A stretch of 64,000 bases of DNA from Nitrosopumilus sp. (GCA_963667665.2 OY763927.2:1024001-1088000); one strand, 5' to 3'; positions 1 to 10,133 are shown, counted from the first letter of the stretch. Numbers and translations: made by a program. The notes: generated from the sequence alone by a model not told the origin.

Positions 1-2
1 TT

Positions 3-161
3 CAATTTGCCAATAGTACACTGGAGAAGGGTTTAGCAGTTGCACCAGGAGAAGGATTTGGAGATTACAAAAATTTTATTAGAATTTCTGCATGTCAAGA
101 TGAAAAAATACTAATTGGCGGAATGAATATACTAAATAACATAATGAGTGGAAAACAATGA
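3..161 (+). CDS. C-terminal fragment of a class I/II PLP aminotransferase (runs off window start)
   Basis: Manual translation QFANSTLEKGLAVAPGEGFGDYKNFIRISAC...; the VAPG.GFG...FIRIS motif is typical of the family. The stop overlaps the tyrA start (ATGA). Confidence 0.75.
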   Translation, partial: QFANSTLEKGLAVAPGEGFGDYKNFIRISACQDEKILIGGMNILNNIMSGKQ

Positions 162-1012
162 AAAAGAAAGTTACAATTCTTGGTGCTGGAGGCCAAATGG
201 GTCAATGGTTCACAAAATATTTTGCAGGTAAAAATTTTGAAGTAACAGGTTATGATTCAGAAAACAAAGTTTCAGGTAAAGATGTCATAGTATCAGAATC
301 TTTGGTAGGGGCAATTCTAAAAGCAGATTATGTGGTTTTAGCTACACCCACAAGAAGAACACCAGAGATTATCAGATTAATTGCAAAAGAGATGAAACGT
401 GGGACATACCTCATTGAAATTTCATCTGAAAAATCTAAGGTAGCAGCATCATTAGCAAAAATGCCAGCAAAAATTAATCCAATTTGTATCCATCCAATGT
501 TTGGCCCAGGAATAAAAACAATAAAAGGTCAAAATATAATTTCAATTCCAATCAAAGATGCTAAAAATGAATTAACAGTTGCAAAATCATTATTTGAAGG
601 AGCAAACTTTGTTACAATAGATGCAATTGAACATGACAAAAAGATTGCCGTGATTTTAGGATTAACCCATTTAATGAATGTTGTTTTTGCAAAAATTATC
701 TCAAAAGATGAAAAGATGATGCTAACAGAAAAAATGTCAGGAACTACTTTTAGAGTACAAAAGACATTAGCAGAAAGCATAATGACTGAATCTCCAGAAT
801 TAATTGAAACAATTATTGCAAACCCAGAGATTCGAAGAGTTGCCGAGGAACTTTGGAAGGATGTAGGTAGACTACTCACAGCAGTTCAAGAATCAAAAAC
901 AGAAGAGGTCGTTACTTACATCAAGGAGGTTCAGGAAAAACTTGCAGAGCATACTGACCTCAATGAATCATACAAAAGACTAACAAAAATGGTAAAAGCC
1001 GTTGAAAAATAG
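158..1012 (+). CDS. tyrA: Prephenate/arogenate dehydrogenase
   Basis: Rossmann GAGGQMG, HPMFGP, EHDKKIAVILGLTH. Confidence 0.9.
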   Translation: MKKKVTILGAGGQMGQWFTKYFAGKNFEVTGYDSENKVSGKDVIVSESLVGAILKADYVVLATPTRRTPEIIRLIAKEMKRGTYLIEISSEKSKVAASLAKMPAKINPICIHPMFGPGIKTIKGQNIISIPIKDAKNELTVAKSLFEGANFVTIDAIEHDKKIAVILGLTHLMNVVFAKIISKDEKMMLTEKMSGTTFRVQKTLAESIMTESPELIETIIANPEIRRVAEELWKDVGRLLTAVQESKTEEVVTYIKEVQEKLAEHTDLNESYKRLTKMVKAVEK

Positions 1013-1017
1013 CAGAT

Positions 1018-1422
1018 ATGCGCTCAACGAAAATAGTTACATCATTCATTAAAGATAATGAAAAATTATTGATTCTAAAGAGAAGTAATAAAGTAAAATC
1101 AATGAAGGGATTATGGGCTGGAATTAGTGGAATTATAGAAAAAAATGAAGAGCCATTAAAAAGAGCAAAGATTGAGATTTTTGAAGAAGTTGGAATAACA
1201 GAAGATTTGATCACACTTGTTAAAACTTCAGAAGAGATGAGAATTAATTCACCTCAATATGAAAATCATGAATGGGAGATATTTCCATTTTTGTTTGAAG
1301 TAAAAAATCCAACAATAAAGCTGAATTGGGAAAATTCTGAGTTCAAGTGGATAAATGTAGAAGAACTAGAAAATTACGAAACAGTTCCTAGTCTTCAAAA
1401 AGTATTATTCAATCTGTTGTAA
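1018..1422 (+). CDS. NUDIX hydrolase
   Basis: Nudix box GIIEKNEEPLKRAKIEIFEEVG; LNWEN. Confidence 0.85.
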   Translation: MRSTKIVTSFIKDNEKLLILKRSNKVKSMKGLWAGISGIIEKNEEPLKRAKIEIFEEVGITEDLITLVKTSEEMRINSPQYENHEWEIFPFLFEVKNPTIKLNWENSEFKWINVEELENYETVPSLQKVLFNLL

Positions 1423-2733
1423 ATTTTTATTTTCTTTTTGATATTTTTTTTGCTGTGGCAACATCATGTAAACACAAGCTCCACCACACATTGTGCATGG
1501 AACATTATTTCCAGGATGCTGTCCAGTTCTACTATGAATTTTAGCTGCCTCCTCAGGATCTATAGATAATGCAAGTTGTTTTTCCCAGTCCAAAGTACGT
1601 CTAGCTTCAGTCATTTCCATATCCCATTTGATTACCTTGTCACGAATTTTTACAAGATCACCAGCATGAGCTGCAATTCTGTATGCAATTAATCCTGCTT
1701 TTACTTCTTCGACATTTGGTAAAGCTAAATGTTCAGAAGGAGTTAGATAACATAAAAGATCAACTCCTTCACTTGCTGAAACTGCAGCTCCTATTGCACT
1801 TGCAATGTGATCATGACCAGATGCAATATCAGTTACCAAAGGACCAAGAACATAGTATGGTACATCACCAATTAGAGACTTTGCGAGTCTAACATTTGCT
1901 GCAACCTCATTTAGTGGAACATGTCCTGGACCTTCAACCATCACTTGAACATCTTGTTCATGTGCACGTTTTGTTAATTGTGAAATATTGATCATTTCTT
2001 GAACTTGTAATTCATCATGAGAATCCAAAATTGAGCCAGGTCTAAGAGCATCTCCAAGGCTAAATGTTACATCATATTTTTTTGCCATTTCAATAAGATA
2101 GTCATAATGAGTCACGTATGGGTTTTCTTTGTCATGTTTCAACATCCATGCCGCAGTAATTGTCCCCCCTTTACTTACAACACCACCATATCTCTGAACT
2201 TTCAGGATTCTTTTTGCAATATCTTTTGTAATCCCACAATGAATTGTAACATAATCAACTCCATCTTTTACATTACTTTCAAACGCATTAAGATAATCAT
2301 CTTCAGTTAAATTCAAAGGATTTTTGTGAACTTCTACCCCATAATTGTAGGCTTCATAAATTGGAACAGTTCCAAAAGTAATTGGTGTAACATCCAAAAG
2401 AGTCTGTCTTATTTTTTTAACATCTCCACCATCACTAAGATCCATTAGTGTATCTGCATGATATTTCACTGCAATCTTGGCTTTTTCAATTTCTTCGTCC
2501 AAGTTAACATTTAGAGTAGAGGTTCCAATGTTGACATTTACTTTAGTTTTAAGGCCTTTACCAATTCCAACATTATGAATTTTTTGTGGTCGAATATTAT
2601 TACTTGGGATTATTATAGAACCACGTGCAATTTTTGGAATTAACCAATCAAGTGAAACATCTTCATCTTTTGCCACTTGTTTCATTTCATCAGTAGCAAC
2701 ACCTCGTCGTGCAGCAGTCATTTGAGTTGCCAT
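1405..2733 (-). CDS. thiC: Phosphomethylpyrimidine synthase ThiC
   Basis: TKVNVNIGTS, SLGDALRPG, EGPGHVP, C-terminal CTMCGGAC Fe-S motif; start refined to MATQM. Confidence 0.97.
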   Translation of the reverse strand: MATQMTAARRGVATDEMKQVAKDEDVSLDWLIPKIARGSIIIPSNNIRPQKIHNVGIGKGLKTKVNVNIGTSTLNVNLDEEIEKAKIAVKYHADTLMDLSDGGDVKKIRQTLLDVTPITFGTVPIYEAYNYGVEVHKNPLNLTEDDYLNAFESNVKDGVDYVTIHCGITKDIAKRILKVQRYGGVVSKGGTITAAWMLKHDKENPYVTHYDYLIEMAKKYDVTFSLGDALRPGSILDSHDELQVQEMINISQLTKRAHEQDVQVMVEGPGHVPLNEVAANVRLAKSLIGDVPYYVLGPLVTDIASGHDHIASAIGAAVSASEGVDLLCYLTPSEHLALPNVEEVKAGLIAYRIAAHAGDLVKIRDKVIKWDMEMTEARRTLDWEKQLALSIDPEEAAKIHSRTGQHPGNNVPCTMCGGACVYMMLPQQKKYQKENKNLQQIE

Positions 2734-2866
2734 GAAGTAATCTATGCATTTACCTGATTTAAACAATCATGAAAATTACAAAAAGTATTGATCGCTAAAA
2801 AATTTCATTACACTATATTAAGAAAATTGATCGATCTTATATGTCATAATTGTGTATTGATCATTA

Positions 2867-2962
2867 TTGGGAACCATCAAAGAATGCAAACATTGTGGTA
2901 GAGAATTTTACAATATGAATGATGAATTTTGTTCGTTTGATTGTGTAACTCAATCATCATAA
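2867..2962 (+). CDS. Unannotated 31-aa Cys-rich microprotein (FCS/TRASH-like zinc finger)
   Basis: TTG-start MGTIKECKHCGREFYNMNDEFCSFDCVTQSS; CxxC...FCSxxC; TATA-like TTATAT ~25 nt upstream. Confidence 0.6.
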   Translation: MGTIKECKHCGREFYNMNDEFCSFDCVTQSS

Positions 2963-2971
2963 TAATCTAAA

Positions 2972-3190
2972 TCAGTTTAGATGTAATTCTTTTTCTAAGT
3001 CGAGTTTTTCACTTGTAATTTTATAAATTCTGTCTAAAATAGGCGCGGTTATTTGTTCAGAATCAGATGAACTTTCAAAATTTTGTTTAATCTCATTAAC
3101 TCTTTCTTTCAATTCAATTTCAGATATAACTAATGAAATATAATTTTGAAGTTTTTGATTTTTAGATTTCACTGACTCTATTTCAGACAT
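2972..3190 (-). CDS. Small coiled-coil hypothetical protein
   Basis: 72-aa ORF with heptad-like charged sequence, 6 nt downstream of the Zn-ribbon ORF. Confidence 0.65.
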   Translation of the reverse strand: MSEIESVKSKNQKLQNYISLVISEIELKERVNEIKQNFESSSDSEQITAPILDRIYKITSEKLDLEKELHLN

Positions 3191-3195
3191 ATCTA

Positions 3196-3387
3196 TTATC
3201 TAGGTGGACTCCAGCTCTCTTCAATGTTATTGTCAGTATTTCCAGAAACAAGATATTGTTTTCCACATTTGAAACACTGCCACAAGAATTTGTCATCTTT
3301 CTTTGCTTGATATTGCATAGGCAACAAGCAAGTTGTACACCGTAATTCTTCAGGTGATGAATCATTAATCACTGGAATTTTAGTCAC
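3196..3387 (-). CDS. Small zinc-ribbon protein
   Basis: CTTC...WQCFKCG; probable GTG start at 3387. Confidence 0.65.
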   Translation of the reverse strand: MTKIPVINDSSPEELRCTTCLLPMQYQAKKDDKFLWQCFKCGKQYLVSGNTDNNIEESWSPPR

Positions 3388-3502
3388 AGGTATTAAACAA
3401 ATCAACAAAGTATAAAATTGATATCAAAAAAAATAACCACACATAGGTAAAAATTCTAGGTTTAAAGGAAAAACAGATTAGTGCTGAGAATAAGAAAATA
3501 TT

Positions 3503-4801
3503 ATGAATTTACTTTCAATCGGGGGTTCTGATCCTTCTTCAGGTGCAGGTATTCAAAGTGACATCAAAACTTTTTCATCATTTAATGTACACGGTTTAAC
3601 AGTAATTACTGCAATTACAGGTCAAAATACTTCAAACTTTGGAATGATTGAACCAGTATCACAAAAAATTCTAAAAAATCAGATGGAATCCGTAACATCA
3701 GATTTTAAAATTGACGGAATAAAAATTGGAATGGTATACAATTCTCAAATTATCAAAGTACTTTATAATCAATTAAAAAAATTAAAAATTCCAATAGTTA
3801 TTGATCCTGTACTAAAATCAACTACGGGTGGATCATTAATAGAAAGATCAGCCATCAAAGATTTTCAAAAATTTATAATTCCACTTGCAACAATAATTAC
3901 ACCAAACAAATTTGAGGCTGAAATTTTATCAAAAACCAAGATCAATACAAAAAATACACCTAAAAAAGTTGCAAAAATAATTCAAAAAATGGGAGCAAAA
4001 AATGTTGTCATTACAGGAATTGAGACAAAAAATAATCAAATATTAGATATTGTACTAGAAAAAAACAATAGTTATTCAATTTCAGGAGACAAAATATCTA
4101 AGATTAGTCATGGTAGTGGATGTAATTATTCTGCAGCCATAATTTTTGCACTTGCAAAAAATAAAAGCATAAAAGAATCTGTAATATTTGCCAAACAATT
4201 TACTCGTAATTCAATAAAAAATGCAAAAAATGTAGGGAAAGGAATTGCAATAACAGATATTCAAGAATATGATAAAATCAATTCAGAATTATCAAATTCC
4301 ATTACAAAATTTATAGAAATTAAAAATATCTATAGAAACATACCAGAATGCCAAACCAATTTTGTATATTCCAAACAAAAACCAAAGTCAATAAAAGATA
4401 TTCTAGGTATATCAGGAAGAATTGTTAAAACTGGAAAACATGTAAAGATTGCAGGAAATTTGACATATGGAGGTTCCAAACATGTTGCAACAGCAGTATT
4501 AACAATGAATAAAAAATTTCCACAAATTTGCTCTGCAATAAATCTAAAATATCAAAACTCCATAATACTAAAAATAAAAAATTCAAAATTGATAGTTTCT
4601 AGTTATGATAGAAATCAAGAACCTAAAAATGTAAAATCGAAAAATTCTACAATGGAATGGGGAATAAAAAGTGCAATTAAAAGTTCAAAGAAAGCACCAG
4701 ATGTGATTTATCACAAAGGGGATTTTGGAAAAGAACCTATGATTATAATTTTTGGAGAAAATCCAAACAATGTTTTGAAAAAAATTTTAAAAATTATTTG
4801 A
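3503..4801 (+). CDS. thiDN: Bifunctional HMP/HMP-P kinase - thiamine-phosphate synthase (ThiD-ThiN fusion)
   Basis: GGSDPSSGAGIQSD, HGSGC; C-terminal ThiN motifs IPECQTN, GGSKHVA, GDFGKEPM. Confidence 0.93.
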   Translation: MNLLSIGGSDPSSGAGIQSDIKTFSSFNVHGLTVITAITGQNTSNFGMIEPVSQKILKNQMESVTSDFKIDGIKIGMVYNSQIIKVLYNQLKKLKIPIVIDPVLKSTTGGSLIERSAIKDFQKFIIPLATIITPNKFEAEILSKTKINTKNTPKKVAKIIQKMGAKNVVITGIETKNNQILDIVLEKNNSYSISGDKISKISHGSGCNYSAAIIFALAKNKSIKESVIFAKQFTRNSIKNAKNVGKGIAITDIQEYDKINSELSNSITKFIEIKNIYRNIPECQTNFVYSKQKPKSIKDILGISGRIVKTGKHVKIAGNLTYGGSKHVATAVLTMNKKFPQICSAINLKYQNSIILKIKNSKLIVSSYDRNQEPKNVKSKNSTMEWGIKSAIKSSKKAPDVIYHKGDFGKEPMIIIFGENPNNVLKKILKII

Positions 4802-4859
4802 TACAAGTTTAGTCAGAATCTATCCTTGAACATAAATAGTCAGCCACGAAATAATATTT

Positions 4860-5561
4860 GTGAAAGCAGTTATTCTTGCTGGAGGATTGGGTACAAGACT
4901 TCAACCATACACAAAATTTCTTCCAAAACCAATGTTGCCATTAGGTGAAAAACCAATTTTGGAACATCTAATTGATTGGACAAAGAAAAATGGTGTCAAA
5001 TCAATAGTGTTGTGTGTTAGTTATCTCAGAAAAACTATTGAAAATTATTTTGAAGAGGGTACACGATTTGGAGTTAAAATAGAATATGCAATTTCAAATA
5101 AACCACTAGCTACTGCAGGTCAACTCAAAACTGCAGAAAAATTCATTGATGATACTTTTGTTTGCATATATGGTGATTCAATTTTTGATTTTAGCTTAAG
5201 AAATATGATAAAGCAACACACCAAGAAAAAGGCATTTGTCACCATGAGTCTAAATGAATACAAAACAAACTTACCTTATGGTGTAATTGAGACCTCCAAA
5301 ACTGGAAAAGTCTTAAGCTGGAATGAAAAACCAGAGATTAAAGCTAATGTAAACATGGGATGTTATGTTATGGAACCTAAAATTATGAGTTTTATTCCAA
5401 AAAATAAGCCATACGGAATGGACGATGTGATAAAAAAAGCTATGAATAGAAAAAAATTGGTTAATAGTTTTATCACAAAAAAAGGATTTACAGATATTGG
5501 TAACAAGGCATCTTACAAAAAAGCATATCAAGACTATATTCAAAAACTAGGAAAGATCTGA
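4860..5561 (+). CDS. Sugar-phosphate nucleotidyltransferase
   Basis: LAGGLGTRLQPYT..PKPM; no C-terminal left-handed beta-helix. Confidence 0.9.
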   Translation: MKAVILAGGLGTRLQPYTKFLPKPMLPLGEKPILEHLIDWTKKNGVKSIVLCVSYLRKTIENYFEEGTRFGVKIEYAISNKPLATAGQLKTAEKFIDDTFVCIYGDSIFDFSLRNMIKQHTKKKAFVTMSLNEYKTNLPYGVIETSKTGKVLSWNEKPEIKANVNMGCYVMEPKIMSFIPKNKPYGMDDVIKKAMNRKKLVNSFITKKGFTDIGNKASYKKAYQDYIQKLGKI

Positions 5562-5569
5562 AAATAAAA

Positions 5570-6007
5570 ATGAGTGAACCAATAATCAGAGAATTAAGAA
5601 AAGAAGACATCTGGAATGGATTTCTAACAACACTTGATACATTAAGACAAGCAAGTGATATTGACAAAAATAAAGCTGACGAAATTTTTGAAAAAATTAA
5701 TTCAAACCCAGATCACATAGTTGCAGTTGCAGAATTAGATGGAAAAATAGTAGGTTCTACAACACTTTTGATTGAACCAAAATTCATTCACAAAGGTGGG
5801 CTAGTAGGCCATATAGAAGATGTTGTAGTAGCTAAAAAATTTCAAGGACAAAAAATAGGTGAAAAAATTATGAAATATCTTCTTAAATTTGCAAAGAATC
5901 GTGGTTGTTACAAGACGATTTTAGATTGTACAGAGGATGTTAAACCATTTTATGAAAAACTTGGTTTCAAGCATATAGCAAACGAATTAAGATTTGATCA
6001 CACTTAG
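5570..6007 (+). CDS. GNAT acetyltransferase, glucosamine-6-phosphate N-acetyltransferase (GNA1)-like
   Basis: EPKFIH.GG.VGHIEDVVV, GCYKTILDC, FYEKLGF. Confidence 0.85.
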   Translation: MSEPIIRELRKEDIWNGFLTTLDTLRQASDIDKNKADEIFEKINSNPDHIVAVAELDGKIVGSTTLLIEPKFIHKGGLVGHIEDVVVAKKFQGQKIGEKIMKYLLKFAKNRGCYKTILDCTEDVKPFYEKLGFKHIANELRFDHT

Positions 6008-6444
6008 AAATATTCTTTTTTAGGACGAATCTTTTTTTGTTTTGATAAATAAGCTCCAACACCCATAACAAGGATAGATAAGACCATAAACAAAATGGGT
6101 AAGAATCTTACTGCATCTGTAATATAATTATCTTCAATTCTATTTAGCATAGAATAACAAACATACATTCCTACTAACAAAATTATTCCCCCTGCAATAA
6201 TCATTCCTCCAATTGGTCTTGAACCATATCGTCTTGACATGATAAAAGCAACTCCAGCTAAAATTCCAGCTGGGGCAACACCAATTGAAACAAATTGAAT
6301 TAGTTTTGAATCTGCTGAAAATGATCTCAAAAATCCATCATCCTCAGGGATATTAATCATAAAGTTGTAAACTGAAATCATTTCTCCCGCAAACATTGCA
6401 AACAAAGCAACACTGGTAATTGCAAGCCATTTCTCAATTGCCAT
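6004..6444 (-). CDS. Membrane protein (about 4 TM helices)
   Basis: Four hydrophobic segments, basic C-terminal tail. Confidence 0.8.
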   Translation of the reverse strand: MAIEKWLAITSVALFAMFAGEMISVYNFMINIPEDDGFLRSFSADSKLIQFVSIGVAPAGILAGVAFIMSRRYGSRPIGGMIIAGGIILLVGMYVCYSMLNRIEDNYITDAVRFLPILFMVLSILVMGVGAYLSKQKKIRPKKEYF

Positions 6445-6486
6445 AATTCTAACAAAATTTAGTTGATAAATAAACCATTCAAAAAA

Positions 6487-7503
6487 TCATTCAATTCCAA
6501 CTAGGTTGGCTAATTCTTTCCTGCATGCTGCACCAAGTTTTTCAGCAGCTTCTTCAGGAGAGATATCATTTAAGAAAATTCCATATCCACGTTCTAAACC
6601 AGACCAGGGTTTGGTAATTGGGTATATTTCAATATGCCAATGAATTTGTCTACTGTTTTTCTTTTCAGGAGAAAGATGGAAGACCAAATTATATGAAACA
6701 TTTTTGACAGCCTTTGAAAGACCGCCCAAAGTTGACCTGAGAATTAAGGATAAATCATTGATTTCTTTTTGAGTAATTTTAGAGAAACTAGTGGTATGTT
6801 TTTTAGGAGAAATCCAAAATTCATATGGATATGAAGGAGCCCATGGGCAAAATGCAATAAATCCTTCTGTTTGAAGAACCTGTCTTGGACCACTAATCTC
6901 CTCATTTATTACCTGACACATAGGACAAACACCTTTTTCATTTAGAATTTTGTGAGAGGCTTCTGCTTCTTCTTCAATTATTGGAGGAATTGTGGAAAGT
7001 GTCAAAAGATGAAGATGAGGATGAGGATTAGTATTACCAGCTAATTCGCCATGATCACCATAAATTGTAACATAAGTTACTCCTTTTTGTGTATAAAGCC
7101 ATCTCAATCTATCTTGAACTACAACTAGAACGTTTGACCATTGTTCTGTATCAATTGTTGCAAATGTATCTTTTTTATTTGGTGTTGTAACTACAATGTA
7201 ATGATAACCATATGCAGGTTCACTGTAGAAAGGCCTATCACTGTAAGAGTTTTCAGTGTCAATTGAAACTATTGGATTCTTACTTTCAAAAACTCTAATT
7301 GACCAATTCGTTACATTTTCATCTTCATTGTCTTGAAGACGTTGCAGCATTCCTTCTTTTTCAACAAGAGACAAAACAGAAGGATTTGTCATGGATTCAT
7401 TACCAGGAGCAAAAGGAAATTTTTTTGGATCGACAACTTTATCGTCTTTTTTTGCAACAATCATGAAACGCTCGGAAACATAACCCTTACGCATATCTCC
7501 CAT
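6487..7503 (-). CDS. galT: GalT/HIT-superfamily nucleotidyltransferase
   Basis: PFAPGNE, HPHLH, CPMC, PWAPSYPYE, HWHIE. Confidence 0.8.
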   Translation of the reverse strand: MGDMRKGYVSERFMIVAKKDDKVVDPKKFPFAPGNESMTNPSVLSLVEKEGMLQRLQDNEDENVTNWSIRVFESKNPIVSIDTENSYSDRPFYSEPAYGYHYIVVTTPNKKDTFATIDTEQWSNVLVVVQDRLRWLYTQKGVTYVTIYGDHGELAGNTNPHPHLHLLTLSTIPPIIEEEAEASHKILNEKGVCPMCQVINEEISGPRQVLQTEGFIAFCPWAPSYPYEFWISPKKHTTSFSKITQKEINDLSLILRSTLGGLSKAVKNVSYNLVFHLSPEKKNSRQIHWHIEIYPITKPWSGLERGYGIFLNDISPEEAAEKLGAACRKELANLVGIE

Positions 7504-7721
7504 AATTATTATTTGAAGTAAATGTCTGTTAAAACGTTTACTAAGATCTATTCAATGTCAAAATTAAAAAAAATTGCAATATAATTTTCACAATATTAGG
7601 AAAATAGTACTTTCATCAAAAAATAAATGTTTTTGAAAATCAAAAATCTGTAGAAATTTATTTTCATATTTTATTTTGATCGCATTTTTTTATGTAAGCT
7701 TTAAAGGAAAGTATTAGAACT

Positions 7722-9026
7722 TTGAAAGACAGGGATATTTTGGATAACTCAAATATTCATTTGATTTACGTTCTTTTAGATGGAGTTGGGGATCTTCCAC
7801 ATCCAGATTTAGATGGAAAGACGCCTCTAGAGGCTGCAAATACACCAACTTTAGATAAAATTGCCAGTAATGGTGCAATAGGAGAAGTAATTTCTGTTGG
7901 AAAGGGAATAGCACCTGAATCAGACATTGCTGTTTTCAACATGTTAGGATACAAATTCAATCATACAGAATATGTTGGTCGTGGAGTGATTGAAGCCATA
8001 GGAATTGGAATTGACTTTAAAGATGGTGATTTAGCACTTAGAGGGAATTTTTCTACATTAAATGAAGAAGGAGTAATTACAGATAGAAGAGCTGGGAGAC
8101 GTATTGAAAAAGAAGATACATTGAGTATAGCAAAAGAAATTGAAGCAAAGATCAAATTTTCACATCCTGATACATCAGTTGTAGTTTCTCCAACAATTGG
8201 ACACAGAGTAACAGTTAGAGTCAGAGTGAATTCTCAAAAACTTTCTGCAAGAATTACCAATACAGACCCAGCATACAGCAATATTGGCGGTATGGGAGTA
8301 GCAAAAGCCGTTGGGGATTTTCTAAAAATTGAAAAATGTTTGCCATTAGAAGGAACTGAAGATTCTAAATTTACAGCAAATCTAGTTAATGAGTTTTCAG
8401 ATCAAGCAATTGAGATTATGAAAGAGAGTAAAATTAACAAAAAACGACAAGAACAAAACAAAAAGCAACTAAGTTGTATTTTGCTTAGAGATGCAGGAAA
8501 CAAATATCCAAATGTGATTCCAATTAATGAAAAATTTGCAATGAAATTTTCATGTATAGTTGACATGCCAGTAGAGCTTGGGATTTCAGAAGTTCTCAAG
8601 ATGAAAACATTTGAAGCTGGTGGACTAACAGATTATGAGGAAAAAGCAAGAGTAGCTGCTGATGCGATGAAGACTCAAAATGCAATATACGTTCATCTTA
8701 AGGGACCAGATGAGTTTGGTCACGACGGAGACGCAATTGGGAAGACAAAAAACATAGAAGAGATTGATCAGAGATTCTTCAAAACTCTTGTTGAAAACAT
8801 TGATTCAAGTAAAGTTGCAATTATAATTTCAGCTGATCATTCAACACCATGCATCAACAAAGGACATAGTGATGATCCAGTTCCAGTTTTAGTTTCAGGT
8901 GATTTTATTAAAAATGATGGCACAACAAGAATGACTGAAGAACAAGCTAAGAAAGGAAGTATTGGCTTGCTTCAAGGTGCAGAAGTGGTTCCAAAAGCTT
9001 TAGAATTAATTAAATCTCAAAAATAG
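7722..9026 (+). CDS. apgM: 2,3-bisphosphoglycerate-independent phosphoglycerate mutase (archaeal type)
   Basis: DGVGD, TPLEAANTP, PESD, HLKGPDEFGHDG, ADHSTP, HSDDPVP. Confidence 0.93.
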   Translation: MKDRDILDNSNIHLIYVLLDGVGDLPHPDLDGKTPLEAANTPTLDKIASNGAIGEVISVGKGIAPESDIAVFNMLGYKFNHTEYVGRGVIEAIGIGIDFKDGDLALRGNFSTLNEEGVITDRRAGRRIEKEDTLSIAKEIEAKIKFSHPDTSVVVSPTIGHRVTVRVRVNSQKLSARITNTDPAYSNIGGMGVAKAVGDFLKIEKCLPLEGTEDSKFTANLVNEFSDQAIEIMKESKINKKRQEQNKKQLSCILLRDAGNKYPNVIPINEKFAMKFSCIVDMPVELGISEVLKMKTFEAGGLTDYEEKARVAADAMKTQNAIYVHLKGPDEFGHDGDAIGKTKNIEEIDQRFFKTLVENIDSSKVAIIISADHSTPCINKGHSDDPVPVLVSGDFIKNDGTTRMTEEQAKKGSIGLLQGAEVVPKALELIKSQK

Positions 9027-9579
9027 TCAAGATCTGTGATTGTTGCATTTCAATTGCTTTGCTTCTAATTCTATCTACATCTATTGAATGATAAACAGAA
9101 GGAGAAGTACCTAATTTTTCTAAAACTCTAGACAACATGCCAATTCCAATACTGAGCTCATCTTCTTGAGCATGAGCATATGCAACTGCAAATAAAATTA
9201 TTCCTTGAAGAACTTCTTTTTCTCGTCCAAAACACTGTTTCCAGACACCTTCTAACGCCTCATGGCATTCCCAAAATCTTTCATTGTTAAAGTAGAAAAT
9301 TCCATCTTTGATACCTTGTTCTCTATCTATCTCTTCTTCTACGACATGTCGAATATTATCTAGAGGTCCAATTGGAGATAATCGCTCAACAAGTGTGTCA
9401 AGGTCCTCTTTTTCAACCCCTACATCTAACTCGATAAATTTTCTGGCAATTCTGCAAACTCTTACCGACGCATTCAGATCAGATGCAAGATCTCTAGCCC
9501 TGTTAATTATCTCACGGGAATGTTCAGGACCATAGTCTTTATTTTTAAAATGTAGCATATAGCGTTCCATGGCATTCAT
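9010..9579 (-). CDS. DUF309-domain protein
   Basis: FNNERFWECHEALEGVW...LQGII signature. Confidence 0.8.
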   Translation of the reverse strand: MNAMERYMLHFKNKDYGPEHSREIINRARDLASDLNASVRVCRIARKFIELDVGVEKEDLDTLVERLSPIGPLDNIRHVVEEEIDREQGIKDGIFYFNNERFWECHEALEGVWKQCFGREKEVLQGIILFAVAYAHAQEDELSIGIGMLSRVLEKLGTSPSVYHSIDVDRIRSKAIEMQQSQILTIFEI

Positions 9580-9653
9580 TTACAAGAATTTCTTAAATTT
9601 CTTTTCTAATTACAATCAAGGTTTATATGAAATATCCAAAGGATTTTGGGTAC

Positions 9654-10133
9654 ATGTCCATTATTGAGACTATCACAGATGTAGATAACACATTCCTATC
9701 CAGAAGAGAGCTAACATGTAATTTTACAGGATTAGGAGGTAAACTCAAAAAAATGGAAGCAGTTGAAATGATTACTAAAGAATTCAAACTAGATGGTAAA
9801 GTCGTAATTCCAATGGGATTAAAAAATCATATTGGAAAACCATTGATTACAGGAACTTTCTATGTTTATGATGATGAAGGATTGGCAAAAAGACAGATCA
9901 ACCCAACAATTTTTTCAAGATTAGAAAGGACAAAAGCCAAACTAGCAGAAGCTGAAAAGGCAACAGAAGAAGCAGGTGCAGAAGAGAAACCAGCTAAGGA
10001 TGCAGAAGAGAAACCAGCTAAGGATGCAGAAGAGAAACCAGCTAAGGATGCAGAAGAGAAACCAGCTAAGGATGCAGAAGTTAAAGCAGAAGAGAAACCA
10101 GCTGAAGAACCAAAAAAGGAAAAGGCTGAGTAA
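9654..10133 (+). CDS. rps24e: 30S ribosomal protein S24e with repetitive acidic C-terminal tail
   Basis: N.FLSRREL motif; adjacent to S27ae; start refined to MSIIE. Confidence 0.85.
   Translation: MSIIETITDVDNTFLSRRELTCNFTGLGGKLKKMEAVEMITKEFKLDGKVVIPMGLKNHIGKPLITGTFYVYDDEGLAKRQINPTIFSRLERTKAKLAEAEKATEEAGAEEKPAKDAEEKPAKDAEEKPAKDAEEKPAKDAEVKAEEKPAEEPKKEKAE
9978..10073 (+). repeat. 24-bp tandem repeat x4 (GCAGAAGAGAAACCAGCTAAGGAT, encodes AEEKPAKD)
   Basis: Four perfect copies plus partial copies to ~10103. Confidence 0.95.

Noticed and set aside
2734-3502. TPP riboswitch near thiC/thiDN
   Set aside because: No TPP aptamer core (CTGAGA...ACCTG) in a plausible GC-paired structure; the lone GCTGAGA at ~3483 lacks the other elements
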